The notes: a model not told the origin generated them from the letters alone. Positions 1-9,909 are shown, counted from the stretch's first letter. The stretch is 64,000 nucleotides of DNA from a bacterium (GCA_963674965.2 CAXXFL010000006.1:64001-128000), one strand, 5' to 3'. Numbers and translations: made by a program.

Positions 1-1300
1 CCTCGAAGCGCCTGGTCATGTTGTCCAGGGCGTCGGCAAAGGCCTTGAAGGTCTTGGACAGTTTCCTCCACATGTTCTCGAAGGCCTCCATTTGCGCCTG
101 GTCCCGGGCGTTGGCCTTGTCCCTGGTGCGGGGCGTTCCCATGAAGAGCATCATGACCGCGTCCACTTCCCCGCTGGACATGAGGGTGGTGAGGATGGGG
201 AGGATGGTCTGGAAGTTGTTGCCCGCCACCAGGTCGATGGGATTGCCGGGGACCCACCAGTCGGGCATCATCTTGCCTATCTTGGCCAATGTCTGATCGC
301 TGAGCTTGACCACCTCGAGGCCCAAGTCGGAGCAGGCGTCGGAGGCGATGACGCCCAGACCGCCGCCGCCCGTGACTATTCCCACCCTTTTGCCCTTGGG
401 CAGAGGCCGGTTGACGAAGGCCCCGGCGATGGTCCCCGCCTCCTGGATGGAACTTGCCCGCGTGACGCCAGACTGCCGGCAAACCGCGTCGAACAGGTCG
501 TCGCTCACGGCCATGGCGCCGGTGTGCGACCCGGCCGCGCTTATGCCCGAGTTGGTGCGGCCCCCCTTCAGCACGACCACCGGCTTCTTCAGCGCGGCCC
601 GCCTCGCGCTCTCGAGGAAACTCTGGCCGTCGGTCAGGCCCTCGAGGTAACTGAGTATCACCTCCGTCTCCGGGTCGTCGGCCAGGTATTGGAAGTAGTC
701 GCTCGACTTTATGTCCGCCTCGTTTCCGCTCGAGACCCCCTTGGAAACTCCGAGCCCGGATTTCACTATCTCCTCGATCAAAAGGCCCTGCACGTTGCCG
801 CTCTGGCTTAAAACCGCCACCGGCCCGGGACGAGGATAATAGAAATGGGGCATCCAGGCGTACAGATTGGCGGAGGGACAACACACGCCCTGGCCGTTGG
901 GACCGGCCAGGACCATCCCGCCTTGGCGGGCCCTTTTCGTGAGCTCGAGTTCGAGGTCCTCGAAATCGCCGCCCAGTTCCTTGAAGCCGGCGCTTATGAC
1001 CATGCCCGCCTTGACGCCCTTGGCCACGCAGTCGTCCACCGATTCTATCACCATGCGGGCCGGCACGGTGAAGACGGCCATGTCAACCTCGCCGGGTACG
1101 TCCCGGACCGACGGGTAGGCCTTGAGATCGAGCACCGTGTCGCGGCTGGGATTGACCGGATAGAGTTTGCCTTCATATCCGCCGGAGATGAGGTTGTTGA
1201 GCACGATAAAGCCCCACTTGGTCAGCGCCTCCGTTGCTCCCACGAAAGCTATGGATTTGGGTTTGAACAGGTAGTCCAGGTTCTTCAGTCTCGGGTCCAT
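1..1300 (-). CDS. Acyl-CoA synthetase (NDP-forming) / CoA-binding protein, 3' end runs off the window
   Basis: Manual translation from the ATG at 1300: MDPRLKNLDYLFKPKSIAFVGATEALTKWGFIVLNNLISGGYEGKLYPVNP..., later SQSGNV and VSSGNEAD motifs typical of ACD/acetate-CoA ligase alpha chains. Absent from the ORF track because it has no stop in the window. Confidence 0.88.
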   Translation of the reverse strand, partial: MDPRLKNLDYLFKPKSIAFVGATEALTKWGFIVLNNLISGGYEGKLYPVNPSRDTVLDLKAYPSVRDVPGEVDMAVFTVPARMVIESVDDCVAKGVKAGMVISAGFKELGGDFEDLELELTKRARQGGMVLAGPNGQGVCCPSANLYAWMPHFYYPRPGPVAVLSQSGNVQGLLIEEIVKSGLGVSKGVSSGNEADIKSSDYFQYLADDPETEVILSYLEGLTDGQSFLESARRAALKKPVVVLKGGRTNSGISAAGSHTGAMAVSDDLFDAVCRQSGVTRASSIQEAGTIAGAFVNRPLPKGKRVGIVTGGGGLGVIASDACSDLGLEVVKLSDQTLAKIGKMMPDWWVPGNPIDLVAGNNFQTILPILTTLMSSGEVDAVMMLFMGTPRTRDKANARDQAQMEAFENMWRKLSKTFKAFADALDNMTRRFE

Positions 1301-1450
1301 GTTTTTTCCTTTAACGCCCGGTATTCAGCTTCTTTTTATTTTGGTCCGCTTTCCCCGCGGGATAACTTTCGTTATCTGATTTGACCGACTTATAACCGGC
1401 GAAAAGGCCGGCTTTTTTTACGAGCGTTCTAAATTTAGCTCATTATCTCG

Positions 1451-1957
1451 TCATTGGCAAGCCAATTCTATCGCCAGATATGACGAAGACTCCAATTCTT
1501 CGCCCGACCCGGTCCTCCCGAAAAAGGTGACTCGCGCCAGGTATGGACGAGAGGGGTTGCTCTTGTCCAGCACGATCATCCGCTCCACCCGTCCCGGCAA
1601 TAAGACAAGACCTTTCAGATTGACGCTCTCACCTGGAGGCAGTTCCCCCTCGAGAGCGAAAATAAGGGGAGTAACCGGAACGGAACCGGGGCCATGACCG
1701 ACGAGGTCTACCCTGTATGAATCGAGACAAACCTTTTCATCCAATGGATTGTTAACGGCCAGATCGAAGCCGAGGTCGGAGTTATGCCTGCACTGCCGGA
1801 GGATGGAAACGCTTATATCCTCCGCTCGATACCGCCGGGAAGGAAGTTCCTCTCGATTTTCCATATAGAGAAGACCGCTTGAAAGGTTGACCAGCAATAA
1901 ACCCACGGCCACGGAAAACAAAGGGCGGGAGTCCGCGCCAAGCCAAGATATTTTCAT
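1451..1957 (-). CDS. Hypothetical protein with N-terminal membrane anchor
   Basis: ORF track 1451..1990; likely start MKISWLG at 1957; one hydrophobic segment followed by a beta-rich region. Confidence 0.5.
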   Translation of the reverse strand: MKISWLGADSRPLFSVAVGLLLVNLSSGLLYMENREELPSRRYRAEDISVSILRQCRHNSDLGFDLAVNNPLDEKVCLDSYRVDLVGHGPGSVPVTPLIFALEGELPPGESVNLKGLVLLPGRVERMIVLDKSNPSRPYLARVTFFGRTGSGEELESSSYLAIELACQ

Positions 1958-2101
1958 CTTCCACCTGAGCCTTCGAGCTTGGGCGACCACGCGATACCGG
2001 CATGAATTATAATGCGGTGGTTTTCAAATGTCAATACGGGCGTCAGGAAATCGGATGGGGACGGTCCGTTTCCCGCGGGTAACCGTGTATTCGATCCTCC
2101 C

Positions 2102-2755
2102 CTACCCTACTCTAAGTCCGGAGATTTTAATGGCCCCGCGATGGTATCCGTCGGGGAAGAGCTTTTCCATCTCGTCCAGCGAAAGGCGGTTGGCCTCGCA
2201 AGCGTCATACACGGTGGGAACGACTCCGGTTTCCCTGAAGCTTCGTCTCAAATAATTAATGACCTCCCAGTGCTTCTCGGTTAATCCCTGGGGGAGTTTC
2301 ATCTCGTGGGCCTTGTACCTGGCGTAATCCTCGTCCCAGTCCTGGGGATGTATAAGGAAACCCCGGACGTCGAGACGATAGACCTTTTCCACTAAAACGG
2401 GTTTTATCCGTTCCTCCGGTCTTATCCATCCCACCACTCCGTAGCCGTCCTTATAGGTCAGGCCCGCCAGCTTGCAAGCCCCTCTTAAGTATCCGGAAGG
2501 AAACAATTTTTGCAGGTCTTGAACGCGAAGGCCATTGGCCCGGCAGGTCTCGTAGACAAGGGGACATTTGCCCGATTTGGCAAAGGAATCGCGGATGAAC
2601 TTGATTATTTTCCAATGGTCGCCCGTAAGCCCTCCGTTGGAAATCATGTCCCTGGACAGAATAGTCGCGAAGTTTTCATCCCAGTCATGGAAGTCCACCA
2701 GAAAGCCCTTCTCGTCGACTTCATATTTTTTATTGCCCAGAGTTAAATCGCTCAT
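2102..2755 (-). CDS. Tandem-domain TusE/DsrC/DsvC family protein
   Basis: Two repeats of the DsrC fold (D.xGFL...W.E..A...LT..HW.II.(F/Y).R...LFP.GY.RGA.K..GL); RBS AGGAG upstream. Confidence 0.88.
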   Translation of the reverse strand: MSDLTLGNKKYEVDEKGFLVDFHDWDENFATILSRDMISNGGLTGDHWKIIKFIRDSFAKSGKCPLVYETCRANGLRVQDLQKLFPSGYLRGACKLAGLTYKDGYGVVGWIRPEERIKPVLVEKVYRLDVRGFLIHPQDWDEDYARYKAHEMKLPQGLTEKHWEVINYLRRSFRETGVVPTVYDACEANRLSLDEMEKLFPDGYHRGAIKISGLRVG

Positions 2756-2799
2756 TTTTCATCTCCTTTTGAAAATCTTTTTTCTGTTTACAATATTCT

Positions 2800-2815
2800 A
2801 GCAACGAACGTGCCC
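2800..2815 (-). promoter_or_regulatory. Putative sigma-54 (-24/-12) promoter for the DsrC-like gene
   Basis: Minus strand reads GGGCACGTTCGTTGCT, matching GGCAC-N5-TTGC; AT-rich tract upstream. Confidence 0.6.
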
Positions 2816-2949
2816 GAGGATGCGCGTTCGTAATTCATTAATTTAATTAAATATTTCCACAAGACCAAACGGCCGGTTGCTTTATCGGCTCCTTTTGGCC
2901 GTCAATTTTTTTGTCATGTTGTAAGAGGGGAAAACGTCCTGGAGGGTTT

Positions 2950-2988
2950 AAAAAGATGGAGCCGGCAATTTCTCAGGCCGGCCCCATC
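2950..2988 (-). terminator. Probable intrinsic terminator of the oxidoreductase operon
   Basis: Stem GATGGAGCCGGC/GCCGGCCCCATC followed by a T-run on the minus strand. Confidence 0.55.
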
Positions 2989-3032
2989 CTGGCGTTGGAT
3001 TGCTCGGGAGGGAGCATGAGCGATCAAGCCGT

Positions 3033-5030
3033 CTAAATCGACTTTCCCGCTTTGTGTCCCTGGTGGACCGCGTCAAAGGCCAGGCCGATTCTTCCCGCGT
3101 CTCCCACTACCTGGAAGGCGACGCCCATTTTCCCGAGTTTCTCGGCAAGTGGGTTGTAAGACGCGCTTCCAGCGGCCATGACTATGGTGTCGGCTTGAAT
3201 TTCCTCCACCCCGTCAGGCCCTTCCACCTTGACCCCGGAGTCGGTAAACTCGAGGGCCTTGGTCCCTGTAAGGACCTTCACCTTGCCTCTGTCTATGTCC
3301 TGCATCATGCCCCAGCGGGTGGACTTGCCAATGTCCTTGCCCACCTTGTCTATCATCTCGATGACGGTCACGTCCTTGGTCCCGCGCGTGGCCATCTCGT
3401 AGAGTCCCTCGTGGTCCTCGGCCTTGTTCACGAGCAGGAACTTGATGGCCTCGCCCGAGAGGGTCCCCTTCTCGGCCAGAAACAGGGCCGTCTCGATGCC
3501 CACGGCCCCGCCGCCGACGACCACCACCTTTTTTCCGGTCAGGCTCTTGCCGCTAAGGACGTCCCAGGCCTGGACCACGCTTGGCCTTTTGGCGCCGGGG
3601 ATGGGAGGAGTTAGAGGCACGGCCCCCGTGGCCAGGATGACCTTGTCCGGCTTTTCCGATTTCACGGTCTCCTCGCCGACTTCCCGATTTAATACGACCT
3701 TGACGCCCTTGACCTCCATCTGCCGGGCCAGGTCCCGGGCCAGTTCCTTGAACTCCTCCCGCCCGGGAGGCGAGCCGGCCAGGTGAAGCTGTCCTCCCAG
3801 CTTGCCGCTCTTCTCGTAAAGGGTCACCTCATGGCCCGAGTCATGGGCCGACAGGGCCGCGCTCATACCCGCCGCGCCGCCGCCGACCACCATCACCTTG
3901 CTCGCCTTTTGGGTCTTTTGTCCGGACTCCTCATGCTCGTGCCCGGCCCGAGGATTGCAAAGGCACTCGACCGACTTCATCTTGAACAAATGATCGAAGC
4001 ACCCCTGGGCACAGGCCACGCAATGAATAATGTCGTTTTCCTTTCCGTCCTTGGCCTTGCTCGGGAGGTATGGGTCCGCGATCAGGCTCCTGCCCATGGC
4101 CACCATGTCGCACATGCCGTCCGCTATCATCTCTCGGGCCAGGGACGGATCGTTTATGCGGTGGCTGGCGATGACGGGCACGTTCACCGACTCCTTGATG
4201 CCCCTGGCCAGGTAGGCGAACACTCCCCTCGGCACGGAAGCCACTATCTGCGGGACCCGAGCCTCGTGCCAGCCCACGTTGACGCAGATGGCGTCCACCC
4301 CGGCCCCATCAAGGGCCGCCGCCCACCTCCTAAGCTCGAGACGGCCCTGGCCGCCGGGCATGAAGTCGTTTCCGTTCATACGAACTATGAAAGGATAGTC
4401 CTTCCCGACCAGTTCCCGAATGGCCGCCACCACCTCGAGACCGAAGCGCATGCGGTTCTCAAGGGGACCTCCATAATCGTCCTTTCTCTGATTGGTAAGA
4501 GGAGACAAAAACTCGCTGATCAAATAACCCGTGCCCGCCAGTATCTCGACCGCGTCGTAGCCCGCCTTCTTGACTCTCGAGGCCGCCAGGGCAAAGGCGT
4601 CGATGGTCGTCTTGATCTCGTCTGTGGTCATCTCCCTGGGGGTCTCCCTTGTAAGGCGGGAAGCCACGGCGGAGGGAGCCACCGGCGTCTTGCCGTTCAG
4701 GAAAAAGGAGAAGTTATAGCGCCCGGCGTGGTTGAGCTGCACCACCGACCTGGACCCGTTCTGCTTGATGGCGTCCGAGAGCCTGGCAAGGCCGGGAATA
4801 AAGGCGTCGTCATGGGCCCCGATGTTGGTCGCGTTGCCGGACAGTTCATCCACCGTCGCGTAGCCGACGCAGATGGCGCCCGCCCCGCCTCTGGCCCTCT
4901 CGGCGTAGAACTCGGCCAGTTGGTCGGTCACCTCGAAGTTCCGGGCCATGCCCAGGTGCATGGCCGGCATGTAAATACGGTTCTTCACTTCCATGCCGTT
5001 GATTATTATCGGCTTGAATAACGGGTCCAT
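3033..5030 (-). CDS. NADH:flavin oxidoreductase / 2,4-dienoyl-CoA reductase (FadH-like)
   Basis: OYE barrel (QLNHAGR, FLSPLTNQRKDDYGG..ENRMRF), CxxCxxxC..C Fe-S motif (CVACAQGC...C), two GxGxxG dinucleotide-binding motifs. Confidence 0.9.
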   Translation of the reverse strand: MDPLFKPIIINGMEVKNRIYMPAMHLGMARNFEVTDQLAEFYAERARGGAGAICVGYATVDELSGNATNIGAHDDAFIPGLARLSDAIKQNGSRSVVQLNHAGRYNFSFFLNGKTPVAPSAVASRLTRETPREMTTDEIKTTIDAFALAASRVKKAGYDAVEILAGTGYLISEFLSPLTNQRKDDYGGPLENRMRFGLEVVAAIRELVGKDYPFIVRMNGNDFMPGGQGRLELRRWAAALDGAGVDAICVNVGWHEARVPQIVASVPRGVFAYLARGIKESVNVPVIASHRINDPSLAREMIADGMCDMVAMGRSLIADPYLPSKAKDGKENDIIHCVACAQGCFDHLFKMKSVECLCNPRAGHEHEESGQKTQKASKVMVVGGGAAGMSAALSAHDSGHEVTLYEKSGKLGGQLHLAGSPPGREEFKELARDLARQMEVKGVKVVLNREVGEETVKSEKPDKVILATGAVPLTPPIPGAKRPSVVQAWDVLSGKSLTGKKVVVVGGGAVGIETALFLAEKGTLSGEAIKFLLVNKAEDHEGLYEMATRGTKDVTVIEMIDKVGKDIGKSTRWGMMQDIDRGKVKVLTGTKALEFTDSGVKVEGPDGVEEIQADTIVMAAGSASYNPLAEKLGKMGVAFQVVGDAGRIGLAFDAVHQGHKAGKSI

Positions 5031-5048
5031 TCGATTCTCCTTTTCCTT

Positions 5049-7286
5049 TTATATTGTCTCGACCCTGCACGGCACGAACCTGTGGAGGGGCGTGCCGGCC
5101 AGCTTGTCCCGATGCGTGTTCTTGGTCAGCCGGTTCACGTTGGCTCCGTAAACCGATCCCTCGTAAACCAGCCCGAAGCCGTGGGGCATGATTACCATGC
5201 CGGGCCTCGCGTCCCCGGTGACCTCCAGCTCGATCTCGACGGAGCCGGCCGAGGTCGATACCCGGACGGTCTGGCCGTCCTCCATCCCAAGGGCCTCAGC
5301 GTCCGCCGGGCTCATGGCCAGGGTGCAGGCCCGGCGTCCCTCATTCCAGGCCGGGTCCCGCATTAAGGTGTTGGCGTTCATGTTCATGTGCCGCCCGGCC
5401 ATTAAAAGAAGAGGCATGTCCATCTCGTCGGCCAGGGCCTTTTGCTCGGAGACCGCGTCGATTCCGCCGATCCAGTCGGCCACCTCGCCGAACTCGATAT
5501 TGATCTTCCCGTCCGCCGTCCTCACCAACTCGAGGTTCTCGGAAGGATCGCATTTGCCTACCCATATGCCCTCGGGATGATCGAGCAGGGCCTGGAATAT
5601 CCGCTCGCCCATGAGCGGACCCGGCTCGAATCCGGCCCTCTCGGCGTTGGCTCGAAAAGCCGCCGGCGCGGTCTGAAGGAGTCCCCACAAAGCCGCCAGG
5701 TTGCCCGAGCACAGGGCCTGGCCAAGGGTCATGGACACGACGAAGGGCATAGCCCCGAGGGCCTTGGGATTTTCCTTCACGAACTTCAAAAGGGCCATGC
5801 CGAACTGGGGCCTGCCCTCCCCGGCCGCCTTGTATAGCTCGTCCGGAAGCTCCGGAACAAGCCCCGCCTTTTTGGCGATCATGGTAATGATCTCGCCCGT
5901 CTCGAGCCTTTCTCCCATTGGCTCGAGCACGGGACGTCTCAGTTGGAAGAAAACCTCGGGAAAGTTCCAGGGAAAGAACGTGCCGTCCCACGACTCGTAA
6001 CCCGAGCGGGCGGGCAAAACGTAATCAGACATGGCCGCGGTCTCGGTCATGGCCAACTCGATGGTCACTAAAAGATCGAGCTTATCGAATGCCTCCTCAT
6101 AAGCCGCGGTGTCGGCGTAGGACCGAAGCGGGTTCGAGCCGCTGCAAAGCACAGCTCGAAGGCGCTCGGGCTTGTCGCTCATTATTTCCTCCGGCATCAC
6201 GTTGGGCGGATAATATCCCATGATGGGGCGAAAGCCCGTCTCGACCGTCCGCCAAAGCTTCGGATCGGAGGCGTCCGAATGCGACCCCAGCGGCATTACC
6301 GTGCCGGGAATTACCTGTCCTCCCGGAACGCCGATCCGGCCGCAGACGGCCAGAAGGATTATCTCGAGGGCGGTCACGGCCGTCGAGTGCCGGTTCATGA
6401 AAACGCCTAGGTCCGGGTGCATGCAGGATTTTTTCGTGGCCACCAGCCGGCAGACATTCTTTACCTCCTCGAAGTCCAGCTCGCAAACCTCGATCGCGGC
6501 CCGGGCGTCGAAGCCTTCGAAAAGCGGCCTTATCTTGTCGAAGCCGGTGACGTGTTTTTCGATGTACTCCTTGTCGTGCCATCCCTCGGCCAGGATGATG
6601 GATATCATGGCCCGGGTCAGGAGGGCGTCGGTCCCCGGCCGGATGGCCAAGTGGATATCCGCGATACTGGCGGTCTCTGATTTCCGAGGGTCGATCACGA
6701 CAAGGGTCTTCTCCGGGTCCGCGGCGAACTCCTTTAGGAACCTCGGGGCCTGGGGCATCTGGTGGCTCATCATACCGTTCCAGCCGATGGCGAGAAACAC
6801 GTCGCATCGGTGGTGGTCCGCGAAACCGGCCATGTACTGCCTGCCCAGGGCCTGGCCCCAGGACCAGAAGAACCCCGTAAGCTCCTGGGCCATGGCGTTG
6901 TAATGGTATTGCGAGCCCAGCCCCGCCATGAGGGACCGGCCAAAGGCCGCCTCGAAGTGACACCCCTGGCCGCCTCCGCCCATGTAGGCGAAAGAGCGAG
7001 GACCATGCTCGTCAACGATGGCTCTCAGCTTCGCTCCAATCTCGGTCGCCGCCGTCTCCCAACTCACGCGCTCGAACTTATCCCCCACCCTTTTCAGCGG
7101 ATAATCAAGGCGCTGGGCGTGATGCTCATGAAAGGCAAGGTTCCGGCCCTTGCGGCAGAAATAGCCCTCGCTCCGAAGGTTCGACTTGTCCGGCCGCACC
7201 TTGACGATCCGGTTGTTCTCGATCAGGGTCTCGAGACCGCAGTTTTGCGCGCAAAGCACGCAGGAGGTTTTTTTCCATTTTTCCAT
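5049..7286 (-). CDS. Molybdopterin-dependent oxidoreductase (DMSO reductase superfamily), cytoplasmic
   Basis: N-terminal CVLCAQNC...C 4Fe-4S motif, VIDPR.SETA..AD.HL.IRPGTD, TAAMSDYVLPA, C-terminal molybdopterin dinucleotide-binding domain; no Tat signal. Confidence 0.9.
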   Translation of the reverse strand: MEKWKKTSCVLCAQNCGLETLIENNRIVKVRPDKSNLRSEGYFCRKGRNLAFHEHHAQRLDYPLKRVGDKFERVSWETAATEIGAKLRAIVDEHGPRSFAYMGGGGQGCHFEAAFGRSLMAGLGSQYHYNAMAQELTGFFWSWGQALGRQYMAGFADHHRCDVFLAIGWNGMMSHQMPQAPRFLKEFAADPEKTLVVIDPRKSETASIADIHLAIRPGTDALLTRAMISIILAEGWHDKEYIEKHVTGFDKIRPLFEGFDARAAIEVCELDFEEVKNVCRLVATKKSCMHPDLGVFMNRHSTAVTALEIILLAVCGRIGVPGGQVIPGTVMPLGSHSDASDPKLWRTVETGFRPIMGYYPPNVMPEEIMSDKPERLRAVLCSGSNPLRSYADTAAYEEAFDKLDLLVTIELAMTETAAMSDYVLPARSGYESWDGTFFPWNFPEVFFQLRRPVLEPMGERLETGEIITMIAKKAGLVPELPDELYKAAGEGRPQFGMALLKFVKENPKALGAMPFVVSMTLGQALCSGNLAALWGLLQTAPAAFRANAERAGFEPGPLMGERIFQALLDHPEGIWVGKCDPSENLELVRTADGKINIEFGEVADWIGGIDAVSEQKALADEMDMPLLLMAGRHMNMNANTLMRDPAWNEGRRACTLAMSPADAEALGMEDGQTVRVSTSAGSVEIELEVTGDARPGMVIMPHGFGLVYEGSVYGANVNRLTKNTHRDKLAGTPLHRFVPCRVETI

Positions 7287-7343
7287 TTCTCACCTCGCCT
7301 TCATCATCGAGCCGATTCCTTGTCATTACCGTCCAGCATTTTC

Positions 7344-7357
7344 GTTAGCATACTAAC
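7344..7357. promoter_or_regulatory. Putative MarR operator
   Basis: Palindrome GTTAG-CATA-CTAAC upstream of the oxidoreductase; a near copy (GTTAGCATACGAA, minus strand) lies at 7807-7819 just upstream of marR. Confidence 0.6.
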
Positions 7358-7374
7358 TTGACCTCGAAAAAAAA

Positions 7375-7797
7375 TTACATAATGTCCCGAAGCAGGCGCT
7401 TTAAAAGCACCCTCTCCTCGAGACTGAAGGGGGCAAGGATTTCGTCGTTGGCCTTTTTCCTCTCCCCGATGAGTTCGTCCTTTATCTCCTCGGCCTTTTT
7501 CGAGGTGTAAATCCTCTGCACCCTGCCGTCGTCGGGGTCGGGCATCTTCTCGATCCAGCCCCCATCCACCATCCTGTCAAGCACGCCGGACAAGGTCGCC
7601 TTGTCGAGCACCAGTATCTTACCCAGCTCCGTGGCCGTGAAACCCTGCTTAACCCACAGGGCCTCCAGCACCAGATGCTGGATGTTGGTAAGCCCGTAAG
7701 GATCGAGCCTTCCCTTGAAAATCCCATGAGCGCGCTGGTAAGCCTTGGCCAGCAAAAAGATGACGCACTCGGGCGCATGTGACGTTTGTTCGGTCAT
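7375..7797 (-). CDS. MarR family transcriptional regulator
   Basis: GLT..Q..VL..L...G.TATELG...LDKATLSGVLDRM..GWI.K.PDPDDGR winged-helix pattern. Confidence 0.93.
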   Translation of the reverse strand: MTEQTSHAPECVIFLLAKAYQRAHGIFKGRLDPYGLTNIQHLVLEALWVKQGFTATELGKILVLDKATLSGVLDRMVDGGWIEKMPDPDDGRVQRIYTSKKAEEIKDELIGERKKANDEILAPFSLEERVLLKRLLRDIM

Positions 7798-7806
7798 GCA
7801 ATATCC

Positions 7807-7846
7807 TTCGTATGCTAACCATATCCCTAAAGAACGGCCTTGTCAA
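7807..7846 (-). promoter_or_regulatory. marR sigma-70 promoter with overlapping operator
   Basis: TTGACA (7846-7841), 17 bp spacer, TATGGT (7823-7818), followed by the second operator copy. Confidence 0.55.
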
Positions 7847-7849
7847 GAA

Positions 7850-8204
7850 TAATTATTGACATACATCTTCCTCTGGGGCAAATTTTTGCCATGGTCAGGA
7901 TGGAAGAACCGTTGTTCCTCACGCGCCCCACCCGTTGCCCAGCGGGGCAACGGGAGACAGCAAACGTTATCGGTTAGACAAGGTACCCTATAAATGGGAG
8001 GACTTTTTGATTCTGCCCGTAACTGGCTCCGAGGTATCGCGAATAAAAACGCGCGAGCGCGCCGGGCGGCCCCTCGGCGAAAAGGACTTCGTCGCGGGAC
8101 TCGAGACCGCCCTCAGCCGCCGCCTCGCCCCCCAAAAGCCGGGCTCAAAGCCTGAAAAGAAGTGAGTTCAGTATGCTGTCCCCAGATTTTTGTCCCCAGA
8201 TTTT
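7850..8204 (+). mobile_element. Internally deleted RAYT/TnpA-REP (HUH Y1) element, copy 1 (left end truncated)
   Basis: Frameshifted N-terminus M.RM.RTVVPHAPH.VAQRGNGRQQT fused to a RAYT-like tail ERAGRPLGEKDFVAGLETALSRRLAPQKPG.KP; ends in AGTATGCTGTCCCCAGATTTT plus a duplicated TGTCCCCAGATTTT. Confidence 0.8.
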
Positions 8205-8659
8205 CACATTCTTGATACAAATCCTGAACAGTCAATGCCAGTTGACCACCAAACCGCTCCTCCTGGGCAAAACCTTCCACCAACTGATGCCAGCCAATCA
8301 TGAACGCAGTATGACCCCGCGCCACGTCCATTTGCTAAGTCATTAGTAACGGTTTGTGGTTCATCAAAACCGCCCCATTTATAAGGTACTCCCCTATATG
8401 TCCAAGAAGGGATAAAGTCACATCTTCTTCCAGTATTTCGTAAAGCAGGGTTCGTGTATGCGAAATGACCTAAAGGATTATTTGGCATATTTGGACCATT
8501 TACATCTATATAAGAGCCTTGGTCTGAGTTAGCTTGCCCGCATGTGAATCGATAATCAGAATATGTCAATGCGTCTGCAACGGTTTGCCCGTAAACATAT
8601 CGTGAAATTATTAGAAGTGAAATAATGAATGCCAAAGTTATAATTCTGTTCTTGGTTAT
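8204..8659 (-). pseudogene. Secreted NlpC/P60-like protein, 3'-truncated at the element end
   Basis: Signal peptide, YRGVPYKWGG and GIDCSGFVSR motifs; the stop arises at the junction with the repeat. An in-frame ATA at 8659 sits behind a GGAGGA RBS (ORF track starts at TTG 8635). Confidence 0.65.
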
Positions 8660-8663
8660 CTCT

Positions 8664-9800
8664 CTAGTCCTCCTTTTTTCTCTTCCATTCGATTAATTGG
8701 GCTTTCTTGGCATCGCCTGTTATTTCATATACATTTCCAGTGTCTTGCACAATATATAGATATTTATCAATGCCATTAGGAAATTCAATAAGCGACGCAA
8801 GATTGATGCTATGTGGTATTTTTGAGATCATTTTATTATCCGCGTTAAAAATACCAATGTAATAGTAGTTGAATCTCCATCTTCCAGGCAGCGAATTATA
8901 ATTAGAATAGGGGTTATAAAGCCAGTAGCTGTCCCCTCTTTCGTCAACAGAAAGAAAAGATAAATCAGGATAATGATTACAACTTTCCTGATTGACTATC
9001 GACTCCCCGATAAGCGCATTTATTGAATGGGTTTTATCGGAAGATCGTTTTTTATACAGTATTTCCAGTGGTGCATTATTATCGCCAATAATATTACATT
9101 GAATTGTTTTCCAAAGTTCAGCTAGCTTGGGGTCACTTTTAAGTAATTTAGTATCCTTAACCAAATTTGGGCTGTATGGGTCACATTCATAGATGCTACT
9201 ACCAGAAACGAATATTAACATTCCTTTGTCGGTTACATTACCTTTTATGGCGGTTTCGAGATTTTGTGGCAACATATAAGTCTTGATTAAATTTAATTGT
9301 CCATCATAAACTCTATCAAATAAATATACGTTACCTTCTGCATCAAATCCTATTGGACGACCTCCAGGGGCATATTTTAATAATTTCCCGTATGGGTCAT
9401 ACAGTTTAGCGCCCCAACCTTCTCCCGCCTGGTCTAAATCAAATATATAAATATCCCCGGATGAGTTCACCATCAGTCCATCTGGTCCCATAGGTGGAGG
9501 ACATTCTCCCTCAAACGTCGCTGAGTCTATAAGATCAGCATCAAAATCATCGTAGCAGCCGGAAATATGAAGGGAGTCAATTCCATTATTCCAATTAAAT
9601 TCTCTAATTAGCTTAAACTCATAATGAACTTTTTCGACGGTATCACGATTCGATTCAACCAGCACTGGTGCGGGTGGTTCAACCACGGTTGGTTTTAAGC
9701 TATTGTCCCCCGCCTTTTTTGTAAAGGCTACGGATATAATCACGGCGCTAAAAAGTACACACAAAAGAACCAATAGCGATATGTAATGCCCCTTTTTCAT
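8664..9800 (-). CDS. Hypothetical secreted/membrane-anchored protein (possible beta-propeller), AT-rich cargo
   Basis: Start MKKGHYISLLVLL.. with GGAGG RBS; repeated D..G..Y.. blade-like motifs. Confidence 0.75.
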   Translation of the reverse strand: MKKGHYISLLVLLCVLFSAVIISVAFTKKAGDNSLKPTVVEPPAPVLVESNRDTVEKVHYEFKLIREFNWNNGIDSLHISGCYDDFDADLIDSATFEGECPPPMGPDGLMVNSSGDIYIFDLDQAGEGWGAKLYDPYGKLLKYAPGGRPIGFDAEGNVYLFDRVYDGQLNLIKTYMLPQNLETAIKGNVTDKGMLIFVSGSSIYECDPYSPNLVKDTKLLKSDPKLAELWKTIQCNIIGDNNAPLEILYKKRSSDKTHSINALIGESIVNQESCNHYPDLSFLSVDERGDSYWLYNPYSNYNSLPGRWRFNYYYIGIFNADNKMISKIPHSINLASLIEFPNGIDKYLYIVQDTGNVYEITGDAKKAQLIEWKRKKED

Positions 9801-9909
9801 AGCCAAAACCTCCATATGAAAATTTTGTCAGTATAAACCATGCAAAAAGGCGCTCCCATATTAATTTCATCATCCATGTCGATAAGCGCCAAATATTTTG
9901 TAATGTGGG

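Noticed and set aside
7935-8165. Stand-alone small proteins (also 9954-10244)
   Set aside because: Remnant frames of the internally deleted, frameshifted RAYT.
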